Source of the DNA: Paraspadella gotoi
Lineage: Eukaryota; Animalia; Chaetognatha
Assembly: GCA_051294375.1 (NCBI GenBank)
Contig: CM119266.1
Span: 27,142,718-27,206,717, forward strand
Direction of reading: 5' to 3'
Length of the DNA stretch: 64,000 nt
The notes under the pieces are model-generated. The model saw only the letters and a list, made by a program, of their open reading frames with translations. It did not search any database and was not told where the DNA came from. The stretch's first letter is position 1, and each line of letters starts with the position of its first letter. The position numbers were made by a program, and so were the translations under genes. Positions 26,858 through 38,508 of this stretch are shown here, piece by piece.

Positions 26858-28400
26858 CGTCATTAAGATCGTCGTGGTCTTCATCGATCGTCATTAAGAT
26901 CGTCGTCGTCTTCATCGTCGTCATTAAGATCGTCGTCGTCTTCATCGTCGTCATTAGATCGTCGTCGTCTTATCTCGTGCATTTAAGATCGTCGTCGTCT
27001 TCATCGTCTCATTAAGATCGGTGCTCGTCGTCTTCATCGTCGTCATTCATCGTCGTCTCATTAGATTCTTTCGTTTCGTCGTTTTTCCTCTTCGTCGGTC
27101 TAAGTCGTCGTTGTCTATTCATCTGTCGTCATTAAGATCGTCATGGTCTTCGTCTCGTCATTAACATCGTTCATCGTTCATCGTCGTCATTAAGATCGTC
27201 GTTGTCTCATCGTCTCATAAGTCATCGTCGTCATTAAGATCGTGTCATGACTTCATCGTCGTCATTAAGATCGTCGTCGTCTTCATCGTCGTCATTAAGA
27301 TCGTCGTCGTCTTCATCGTCGCTTTAAGATCGTCGTTGTCTATCGTCGTCATAAGATCGTCGTCGTCTTTCATGTCGTCATTAAGATCGTCGTCGTCTTC
27401 ATCGTCGTCATTAGATTCATCGTCGTCTTCATCGTCGTCATTAAGATCATCGTTGTCTTCATCGTCGTCATTAAGATCGTCGTCGTCTTCATCGTCGTCA
27501 TTAAGATCAGTCGTCGTCGTCTCGTCGTCATTAAGATCGTCGTCGTCCTTTCATCGTCTCGTCATTAAGATTCGTTGTCTTTCATCGTCGTCTTAAGATC
27601 GTTGTCTTCATCGTCGTCATTAAGATCTGTCGTCTTCATCGTCGTCATTAAGATCTCGTCGTCGTTCATGTCGTCATTAAGATCATCGTCGTCATTAAGA
27701 TCGTCGTCGTCTTCATCGTCGTCATTAAGATCGTCGTCGTCTTCATCGTCGTCATTAAGATCATCGTCGTCTTCATCGTCGTCATTAAGATCATCGTTGT
27801 CTTCATCGTCGTCATTAAGATCGTCGTCGTCTTCATCGTCGTCATTAAGATCATCGTCGTCATCGTCTGTCATCGTCTTCATGTCGTCATTAAGATCGTC
27901 GTCGTCTTCATCGTCGTCATTAAGATCTCGTCGTCTTCATCGTCGTCATTAAGATCGTCGTCTCTTCATCGTCGTCATTAAGCATCGTTGTCTCATCGTT
28001 CGTCATTAGTATCGTCTGTCGTTTCATCGTCGTCAGTAGATCATCGTCGTCTTCATCGTCGTCATTAAGATCGTCGTGTCTTCATCGTCGTCATTAAGGA
28101 CTTCATCGTCGTCATTAAGATCGTCGTCGTCTTCATCGTCGTCATTAAGATCGTCGTCGTCTTCATCGTCGTCATTAAGTTCATCGTCGTCTTCATCGTC
28201 GTATTAAGATCATCGTTGTTTCATCGTCGTCGATTAAATCGTCGTCTCTTCATCGTCGTCATTAAAGATCTCGTCGTCTTCATCGTCGTCATTAAGATCA
28301 TCGATTGTTTCATTCGTCGTCATTAAGATCGTCGTCGTCTTCATCGTCGTCATTAAGATTGTCGTCTTCGTCATCTTTAAGGTCGTGTTTGTCACCTTTA
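26858..28400. repeat. 30-bp satellite (CATTAAGATCGTCGTCGTCTTCATCGTCGT), about 50 units
   Basis: Directly visible 1.5 kb array with frequent indels. Confidence 0.95.
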
Positions 28401-28470
28401 TGATCTTTTTTTTTGTCGTCCTTAATATGGTTGTTATTGTCTTTTTCGTTTTTGTCGTCAAGTTGAGAAT

Positions 28471-28503
<33 letters not shown>

Positions 28504-30177
28504 CAGGCGGTGAGGTATCTTAGTCGTTGTTATCATCACGACTTCATCGTCATAGTCATCGAGACTCACCACTTTAGGTTCACCGTCGCCCGTATTTTAC
28601 ATATTTCACGAATCACAATTACTTTAACACATGAATAACGTAAAGGGAAAATGAGATATGGATCACAGTAGTAATAGACATCGAATAACTTTGAAATTAT
28701 AACAAATTGACGAACGCGTTTCGACTTTTCTTATAATTCTATCTACTTAATGCCGTCGTCGTCGTCGTCGTCATCATCGTCTTCTTTGTCAACCTCTTTC
28801 CAATCGTGGTCGGCGCTTATGGCGTAAAGCTTACCTCTCAAAGCTTCCTTGTCAAAGCTTCCCTGTCATAGCTTACCTTGGTTAAAAATAAATGCGTAGC
28901 TTAATTTTTTTTTTCCTCTCGTTTCCGTCATCGCCTTTTATAAATCTCGAGCTTCGTAAAAATGAGATTAAAACGTCTTCTTCGTCGTCGTTATCGTCGT
29001 CGTCGCAACCAGCTTTTCTTGAAAATTGGTTCTTGCATTAATGGAACAGAATATACTAAAAATAAGTTTTTCTCATTCAAAAATTAAAAAATATATCTAC
29101 TAAAACTAACATTAAATTAACATTGTTATCGCATTTTAATTACTATCTTATATCTGAAGATGAAAGCACATCTTACGTCGTCAGTCAAACTCATTAACTT
29201 TTTACGAGTCTCTATTTTTATCTTTAATACATCACTAATAAGAAAACCCCGGATGTTCGGTCGGGACTCAAGATCTTGGGAAGAGTTCTTGTGACCAAAG
29301 ATCTAAAGAGTCAGTGGAATCTCACGGGACTAGAGAGAGTTCTCCCTCGGTCAATCCCTTCCTCTCTTCATCTTTCACTTTATATCCTCGGCCTTTATTC
29401 TTCTTTTCTCTCTCCGTTGCTCTTTTTTTTTTATCGCCTTCGCTTTCCCCTTAAAGCGCCATCTGACGATCGCTAAAGAGAAACATTCGCACCTGAGAGA
29501 CCCGAAGTCAACGACGCCGCCTAACGGAGCTGCGACGCCGCCGACGCCAGGTCGGCGCCGCCGTCGGTCTCGCGTCGTCGGTCGGGGTTGGCACCGCGGG
29601 AGGTAATCGATTGAGGGCGCCGTTCGGATAGTCGGCGCGCTGCAAACTGTGTGCAAAGTGTGGATGAATTTTTTATGGCTTTTTCTTTCAAAAATCAGAG
29701 CTCGAATTAAACAAATAAAAAAACAATCGACGCTCTATTTTTCAATTTTAAATTGTGTTTCTTGTTCTCGTAATAACGAAAACGGATTTAAACGTTCCTT
29801 TTTATTTCGTTTTATCCCACGACGGGCGTATTTTCTTTTCTGTCCTACAATTTTTACAATCGCTGTAAAAATTTTTTTCTCATTTCTCTCGGGCGACAAA
29901 ATAAAAAACATGACGGGAATATATAGCGCTGAGGATATTTGAAACGAAGGCCCTCACCCCGCCCCCCCCCATTCTCCGCGTTTTTGGAGGCTCGTTAAAC
30001 CGAGACTATCGGCAAAATTTATAGAATTAATGAATAACTTAATATGAAAAACATTATATTCGTATTTTCCTCCCCCCCTTCCGATCCCATGAGGTCGATT
30101 CAAGCTTGATGAGTTTCTTAGCCTAAGTTTCGCCTCGAGCCAATAATTTCGAGTTTCTAGAGGCGTTTGAGCGATTT

Positions 30178-30272
<95 letters not shown>

Positions 30273-30547
30273 CGTGATGTGAGCGCAAATAACGGAAAAT
30301 GTGTAAACAAATAAAAGGCCAATAAAATACAAGAGGCAAGAACGAAATCCTTACAAAAAAAATTTCCTAAGGCCAATTAAAAAATAAACACAATTTCGTT
30401 TTTTTCGACGTTTGTTTTGCTGTCAAAATTTTAGGTTTCGATAGGAAGTCAAAAATAAGAAAGCAGTAAAGCGAGACACAGAAGGAGAAACTAATTAGAA
30501 AATCGAAAATATCGAGATACAACATATAGTACATAGTACATACGTAG

Positions 30548-31619
30548 TAGAGGTCCCAGAAATATCATACATTTATGAAAGTTCCTGATATCTGCAAAGT
30601 TTCTTGTGCCAAATTTAGTGGAGAAAACGAATATCACAATAAAAAATTTTCCAGGATGCTCATTATGGATTTTCCACACCAGTTTTTTGCGTTGAACCAC
30701 TTCCGGTTTTAAAAATTCAGGATTTTTGGAAATAAATAAGCTGTTATTCAGCCAGCATACTTAAATTAATCAAAATAAAGTTACCAATAACCTTAATATT
30801 ACTTTTTTTATTTTGGTTTATAAATAATGTTATAAAAATAATATTACAAAAGGCGTCAAGTTAAAAATTCATAATTCTTTTAAGCCAAATCGGCCCTGAC
30901 CAAACTACTTTACTAATTTTAATAAAATTTTACTATCTGGTTAAACAAATAGAACTGTCTAAGGGATTTTAAATCTTTAATCTTTAAACCAAGATAATGG
31001 ATTTTAAAAAGTTTACCAAGTGATGCAAAAAGAANNNNNNNNNNTAGACTAAGGTTTTGGATGGGAGAGAGGTTGAGTGGGAGGCTTGCTAGCCACAAAG
31101 GCCAAGGCGCCTTTTATCTAATTCGCTACTTTCTTTTTGTATCATTTGGCAAACCTTTAAAGGCAATATCTTGGCTTAAGGATTAAATATTTAAAATCCT
31201 TTAGAGAGTTCTATTTGTATAACCAAATCATACTTTCTAATACAATATTATTAAAATTTGTATAGTAATTTGGTCAGGGACGATTTGGCTTAAAAAAACT
31301 AATAATTTCTAATTTGAAGTCTTTCTTAATAATAATTTTTTAACCTTATTTAAAAACCACCAAAAAAAATTTAGTAATAAGGTTATTAATAACTTTATTT
31401 TGATTGATTTAAGTATGCTGGCTGAATAACAGCTAATTTTTTTCCAAAAATCCTAATTTTTTTAAACCGGAAGTGGTATGACGCAAAAACAGGCGTGGAA
31501 AATCCATCAAGAGCATTCAGGAAAATTTTTTATTGTGATATTCGTTTTCTAAATTTGGCACAAGAAACTTTGCAGGTATCAGGAACTTTCAAAAATGCAT
31601 GGTATTTCTGGGAGCTCTA
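30548..31619. mobile_element. Non-autonomous hAT-type foldback element, copy 1
   Basis: Starts TAGAGGTCCCAGAAATA and ends TATTTCTGGGAGCTCTA. The inverted arms are about 480 bp. Exact 8-bp TSD ATACGTAG at 30540-30547 and 31620-31627. The centre falls in an N gap. Confidence 0.9.
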
Positions 31620-31955
31620 ATACGTAGACATAGCTACAATGTAGCTGCTACATAGAACAACAAGTGAAGCCGAATCTTTCCTTTTAAAAACAACTTTAGC
31701 TGCTCTTACAAGAAATATGCCCATTGCCCATTGCCCATTGCCCAATTAGGAGTCTCTCATGCGTCGCCGACGCTGAATTCAACTCTTTTTACTTTTATTT
31801 TTAATTCTCTCTTATTTATTAATTTTCTCTTGCAACTTTTATTTTTATTTTTAATATTTTTTTTCTTTTGCTGATTTCTAGATCTTCAAAAAAAAATTTT
31901 TTCCCCAAAAAAATAACAAATATGAAAACACGACTGTAAAAAAATAAGAAGACAT

Positions 31956-32092
31956 TGTAGCGGTAGTATTTCATCGGGTTCGCGCCCTGCTGATTCACAC
32001 AAGTAAAAGCGGGAGGGGCGTCTAACCCACCTGAAGTTCGGGACCTTGTGTTGCAACGGACGGGTAAACTGCTCGCGGCATCGTCTTCCACA
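31956..32092. mobile_element. Short solo-LTR-like element (137 bp) with 4-bp TSD, hit at its end by hAT copy 2
   Basis: TGTAG...CCACA termini. ACAT lies at 31952-31955 and, once the hAT is removed, at 36061-36064. Its terminal 23 bp recur inverted at 21581-21603. Confidence 0.65.
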
Positions 32093-32093
32093 A

Positions 32094-35000
32094 TAGACTC
32101 CCAAAATATCATACATTTTATTGAAAGTTCCTGATACCTGCAAAGTTTCTTGTGTCAAATTTAGTGTGAGAAAACGAAAATCACAATAAAAAAAAATTTC
32201 TGGATGCTCATTATGGATTTTCCACGCTAGTTTTTGCGTCGAACCACTTCCGTGTTTAAAAATTCAGGATTTTTGGAAAAAAATGAGCTTGTTATTCAGC
32301 CAGCATACTTAAATTAATCAAAATTAAAGTTACCAATAACCTTAATATTACATTTTTTTTTTTTGGTTTATAAATTAGGTTATAAATAAATATAATTACA
32401 AAAGGCTTCAAGTTAAAATTCATAATTTTTTTAAGCCAAATTGGCCCTAATCAAACTACTCTTACTAATTTTAATAAAATTTTACTATCTGGTTAAAACA
32501 AATAGAACTGTCAAAGGGATTTTAAATCTTTAATCTTTAAACCAAGATATTGACCTTTTAAAAAGTTTACCAATGATGCAAAAATAAAGTAGCTTAGAAT
32601 AAGATGGGAAGGCGATCTTGGCCTTTGCAGCTTAGCAAGCCTCTCACCCAACCCTAACCCTAAAACCGGGCCCTAAACAAACCCTTTAATCTTAATCAGT
32701 TCCCTAGCTTGGGATTATCTACCTAACCCTAGCCCTAATGTACCTCTTCTTGTCTTACCCCACCGTCCTCAGGAATCTCTGATATCTTCAGAGCACCAGC
32801 CTTGTCAGCAACCTATTACCCCTAACCTTAACCCAAGCTAGTGTACTTTCCTGCTTGAACCTTAACCCAAAACCAGTCCCTCTGATCCAAACTCTTACCG
32901 TTTCCCTGGCTGGTAACATCTGCAGAGAGCCACTTCCTTAGCCCTAACCCTAACCTTCGGCCTCCTGTTTTATATCATGCCAGAACCCTAACCCTGCATC
33001 ACTTAAAAGACTATCCACCAACCCTCACCTCAGCCTGAGGTTCACCTCTGAGCCTCAACTGAGGCTTCCCTTGCTCCTGGCCATCATAAGGCTAAACTTT
33101 AATCTTTAATTCCTTCCCAGTAGCTTCCCTATAACCTTAACCCAAGCTTCTTATCCTTTTCTGCGCCGGTCACAAATTGCACTTAATCATAGCAACCTGG
33201 CCAAATTGATAATTTTGCAGTTAGCTTTGTACCTGGCGACATTAAGATCAGGGTTGAGGCTTGCAAATGAATAAAAGGCCTGGGCTAAGGTTTAGGTTGG
33301 GGGGAGAGGTTAAGGAGTTAAGGTTGAGTGGGAGGCTTGCTAGCCACAAAGCCAAAGCACCTTTTTATCTCATTAGCTATTGTTTTTTTGCATTCATTTG
33401 TGCAAACCTTTAAATGCCAATATCTTGGCTTAAGGATATTTAATATTTAAAAACCCTTAGATAGTTCTTTGTAGACAAATGATTTTTTAAATAACATTCA
33501 TTTTGCCTCTCAATCAGATTGATGGATTGTCCTATTTCTGGTTACTAAAAATTCCCCCATAGCAACGCGTCATGCTGCTTCTGCTTTCTACTTACTTAGA
33601 ATAACAACTATCTTAATAGTTATAAGAAATAATTAGCTATAAAAATAGGGTCCTAGTGCACAAAGATTTGATGCTATAGCATATCAATCCTAGTCCCTGA
33701 TTAGTTAATTTTAATTTATAGTTACCTCTAGTTTCTGATTGGTTCACTACTAATATAAAAAAGGACATTTTTTGTAGTATTCTAGGGCGTTCCAAAGGAC
33801 CATAAGAGGTAAAAACACTGTTTGATTATTTTTTTGATTTTTATTTAAATAAATAGTAATAATTTTCTATTCTTTTTAGCTTTAAGCTGACCATTTTCTA
33901 CCAAAGTTTTTATATCCAACTTGCCCTCACTGTCAATAAAGGATACTCCAAATAAAAAGATGTCTGCTTAATCCAGGTTCTTGATTATTTAATCTATGAA
34001 AATTCAGAGAATGCTCTAACTAACCCAAACACTCTTAAAGCTCTTATTAGCTAAACACTATTTCAGTGAGGCCCGGTATAAAAGAAAAATCAAACAATGA
34101 TTCATTAACTTAAGTTTTCTGATTTTTTAAATTAGATGTCTTGCGTCCAAATCTCATATCTCAAAAGAGAGAATAAAAGGAACTTCAAGTTGGCGCCGCT
34201 TGATGGAAGCTTGGACATGTCGATCCTGGAGAATGTCCATGCAAATGGGTCGACGTATGGTCTCGACGTAATTGGGCATCCCAGGAATTCCTGAGTGGAA
34301 GGATCCCTTTGGAATTTGATCCAGAAGGACTATCTCCTTGTGAGATATTTGAAAACGTCACCAGATGATCCGTGCTTCCCAGCTTGTCAAAAAAAACTTA
34401 TCAAAAATGATAAGATTTTTACAGTCGCCACCTAAAAACCAGATCGAATATATTTATCGATCTCGTACCTTGACGGAGCTAGTCCACGACGCTTTCCAAG
34501 GCAACAAAATTGCGCGCCTCACCTTGTATTATGATCCGCCGTCTGAAGTAGATTTGTTCTTCTTGCCGTCCTAATTTTGCGTTCGGTAGTCTTTTCCTAA
34601 TCAGTTTTTATCACAGTGTATGTTATATCAGTATTTGCTGTTTCTTCCTTCTTCAGTGGATAATTTAATCAGGGATGTAACAATAATGATTGGCTCTGCT
34701 CACTTCCAAGAAACATTTGTACTGTGGATATCAAAATAAATAACTTTTACGCTCAATTCTATTTGAACTTCACAATGTTAATCCAAGTACTTAAAAAATA
34801 GGGGGGGGGCGCCAAACAGCAACCCGCGACGTTCGAACGGCTTCAAGAGACGCCTAAAGCCTGTACAGTAAAACTCAAAGGATAGTAACTTCAAGATTAC
34901 GAGATATATCTCTTCCACCATTACCGGGTAATGAAGCACAAAACTTATTTGAATCTTCCATTTCTACTGCTAATCAACTCCGACTCACTGCCGCAAGATC

Positions 35001-36053
35001 CAGTCTGGAATGATATGCAACAAAACTACAGTTAAGTGATATTGCTAACACATTAGAAAATGAAGCTTTAACATTTCGTACTGAATTACAACAAACGAGT
35101 ACCTGAAGTTCAAATTCATTCTCCCACTCCTGTACCCGCAAAGGAAAGTTTAAATTTTTCAGCTCCCACTGGAGAGACGAACAAAGACAATGATTCAAAC
35201 TTGGAGGACGCCGATAAATCAAGCATCACTAGCTCAAGACAGGATGAGAAACGGAGAGCAAGGTATGAATCTCATTATACTAAGTGTAAACAAGAACTTA
35301 ATATTAAAAAATTTACATGAGCAAAATTTAAGAAAAATAAAGAAATGAAATTAAAATTCAACAGAAAGGGCTGATCTTTGATGGAAGCAGAAATTGAGAA
35401 AATTGATAGAGAATTGGCTGAGAAACTTCGCGGATTTCGACGATGAAGACAGAGTTTCAATAATTAAATGAAATGCCTGGTACGTTCAAATCAACAAAAG
35501 GTATTATCTTGGGCTAATCAATTGGAAAATGTTCAACCAGATAATATTAATTAATATAATATAAACAATATAAAAGATGTCTGCTTAATCCAAGGTCTTG
35601 ATTATTTAATCTATGAAATTCAAGGAATGCTCTAACTAACCCAAACAGTTCTATTTGTATAACCAAATCATACTTCTTATAAAATCTCATTAGGAATTTG
35701 GTCAGGGACGATTTGGCTTAAAAAAACTAATAATTTCTAAATTTTAAGTCTTTTTGTAATAGTAAATTTTTAACCTTATTTATAAACCACAACAATAAAT
35801 TGAGTATTAGGTTATTAATAATTTTATTTTGATTAATTTAAGTATGCTGGCTGATAATAACAGCTCATTTTTTCCAAAAATTTGAATTTTTAAAACCGGA
35901 AGTGGTACGACGCAAAAAACTGGCGTGGAAAATCCATCAAGAGCATTCGGGAAATTTTTTATTGTGATATTCGTTTTCTCCACTAAATTTGGCACAAGAA
36001 ACTTTGCAGGTATCAGGAACTTTCAAAAATGCATGGTATTTCTGGGTGCTCTA
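32094..36053. mobile_element. Non-autonomous hAT-type foldback element, copy 2, with TAACCC-like core and a nested insertion
   Basis: Same arms as copy 1 (TAGACTCCCAAAATA...TATTTCTGGGTGCTCTA). Exact 8-bp TSD TTCCACAA at 32086-32093 and 36054-36061. Confidence 0.9.
33470..35647. mobile_element. Decayed LTR-like element inserted in the right arm of hAT copy 2
   Basis: TG...CA termini. An ~80 bp direct repeat ending CTAACTAACCCAAACA occurs at 33953-34031 and 35569-35647. GTTCT lies on both flanks (33464-33468, with one extra T before TG, and 35648-35652). The hAT arm resumes exactly after it. The interior has stop-riddled coding-like sequence. Confidence 0.65.
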
Positions 36054-36641
36054 TTCCACAACATAAAAAAAACTTTTCTTAGATTTCGCTTGATTCAACT
36101 CATGTTTGTTTCGACTTCTCACAATGGCTCGATTCTTGCTTGCCTTAAACTTAATCTGCTATAACTTTATCTAATAATCTCTGTCTCTATGTAGTGGAAA
36201 ATTACTTTACATTCATTTTCCTTCGTAACAATCATCACTGCCCGACATTTCTCTTTCTCTCTTACACGCATTCTTCATCTACACCCCTTTTCACACCCAT
36301 TATGTTCCCCATTCCAATTCCCCCATTTACCTCCCCCATCGCCCCCTCTCTATGACCCCCCAACAGAGCGAACAATTCGAACGACGCCTTGGGTTCTGTT
36401 AGCGAATTCGGTTCTGAATCTTGATCAGAACCATCATAAATGTCCAAACAATTCACGAACGCCTTATTTCTTTTCTCTCTCTCTTCTCTCTCTCTCTCTC
36501 TTCTTCTCTCTCTCTCTCTCTCTCTCTCTTCTCTTCTCTCTCTCTCTTGTGTTCTCGTACGTTCATGATCATCATGATCTATGCCATAAATTATTGCGTT
36601 ATGTAACGCTTTTGAAAAGATTTATGAAACCGAGAAAATGG

Positions 36642-36675
<34 letters not shown>

Positions 36676-36677
36676 TC

Positions 36678-36724
<47 letters not shown>

Positions 36725-38082
36725 TCTCCTCTCTCTCTCTCTTTTCTCACATTTTTCCCTATCCTCTTTCTCTTTTCCTCTCTCTTTTTCCCTTTCTTTT
36801 TCTCTTCTCGGACAATCCCCTCTGCGATTAAAGGGTCAGCGACCTTCGCGACCGACAAGATGTTGCTAATAAATTACAGTTTGTCAACAAACCTATATTA
36901 TTCATTGTCATGATTGTGAAATTTCAATTAAACAAAGAGGTAAACAAATCTATGACTTTTCTCTTTGGAAAAAAAAAGTTTTGACGCGACCGAAAGAGAA
37001 AAAAAAGGTGACGTCTACGGTTGTTATGACGTGACGGTGATGACGGTTGGCGGTCGCGTCGGCGGCCGCCTCGATGGCTTCGGCGGCGGCCGCGGCTTCG
37101 AGTGGGTGGCAGGAGTTGGATGGGAGAGAAATGATTCCGAGCCGGAGTGATTGAACCGAGTACACCCTGCTTCACATACAATTTACAAAAATTCTGCATT
37201 AGCGACACGAAATGAAGTGAACTATTACATACTAAGAAATATACTGTCGATAAAGAAGATTTTCAAGCAAGGATAGCACAATGTAGCCTGAACGTAAAAT
37301 ATCCTTGGGAGGACATAACAATTTTATCCCCTTCTGTTGGAACATCATCGTAGAATTGAGAAGCGTGAAATATGGTGAAAACTCAGTGTCAACCGCGATT
37401 ATGACGAGGCTGAGTTTCGCGTGTCTCAGTTGCCAAGACGCCTTTCCTTCCAACGAAAAATAGTGCTTTACTTTTGTTCATTTGTACCAGTAAAAAAATA
37501 GCTAACTTCAAATATTTTTAGTTATGTTATTTCATTTATTTGTTTAATTATTTTTCTATATCATCTCGTCATTGTTGTTTGACTATTGAGTCATTTTAAC
37601 GCTAATAAAAAATATATTTTAATTCTAGTGAATTTAACCTGTTTGTAAAAAAGTTCTACGTTGTCCAGGTGGGATTTGCCGGGTGAGGTTCCAATCTAAA
37701 TCGGAGAAACGTTACAGCGGATCGAGGGCTGGGGCGTGTCTCCCGCTCCCCGGGTAAGAATGAGGCCGAGTACGAGGTGGGTTACGAAGCGAAACGCACG
37801 AACGCCTTCGTTTTTTATGTCCGCAATATTGAATATCCTTTTCCTTCGCCAAAGCGCGCGAAAAGGGTGAAGCAATGGGGGTAGGAAGAGGTGACAGGGT
37901 TAAGGGTAAGTCGGGAAGAGGGTCCAGGGGTAAATTATCTATGGGAGCGCTTCGGTAGGGACAAGGCCAGACCGGAAAGGTACGCTGAGGGTTTTTTCCA
38001 AAAGGATGGAAGCGAGAATCTGCATAACAAAAGAAAAACTCGTCGTTTGCCGCCGACGAGGGAGTGGCGCTGCGGGGCGCGT

Positions 38083-38305
38083 GTAATGAGAGCGCGCGCA
38101 GAAATGAGGAAAAAAACCGTGATGACGCGCGCGAGATGCGAACGAGAATGTAATGAGCGCATATAATATGAACGAGGATGTAATGAGCGCATATAATGTA
38201 AAAAAGGATGTAATGAGTGCATATAGTGCAAATGAGAATGTAATGAGCGCATATAATGCAAATGAGGATATAATGAGCGCATATAATGCAAACGAGAATA
38301 TAATG
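38083..38305. repeat. 30-bp minisatellite (TGTAATGAGCGCATATAATGCAAATGAGGA)
   Basis: About 5 good units plus 2 degenerate ones. Confidence 0.9.
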
Positions 38306-38446
38306 ATAGTGTGGCAGGAGTTGTTTACGACACGAGGTTTGAATCGAGAATGGTTTATTCTCCAACGATAAAATAATAACAATAACAATTGATACTAAGT
38401 CTAAACAATGAGACATTATAAGGTCAAATATGAAACCGGTGAAATC

Positions 38447-38508
<62 letters not shown>

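Noticed and set aside
26858-28400. CRISPR-like or acidic-protein reading of the 30-bp array
   Set aside because: There are no unique spacers, the context is eukaryotic, and frequent indels break every frame.
29480-29660. GC-rich exon-like islands (also 1490-1550, 6560-6760, 36990-37150, 59990-60135)
   Set aside because: Plausible splice sites exist, but I could not recognise a protein or chain them into a phase-consistent gene.
32648-33145. Telomere or telomerase-RNA template (CTAACCCTAA-like)
   Set aside because: The repeats are degenerate and lie inside a TSD-bounded transposon, not at a chromosome end or in a unique locus.
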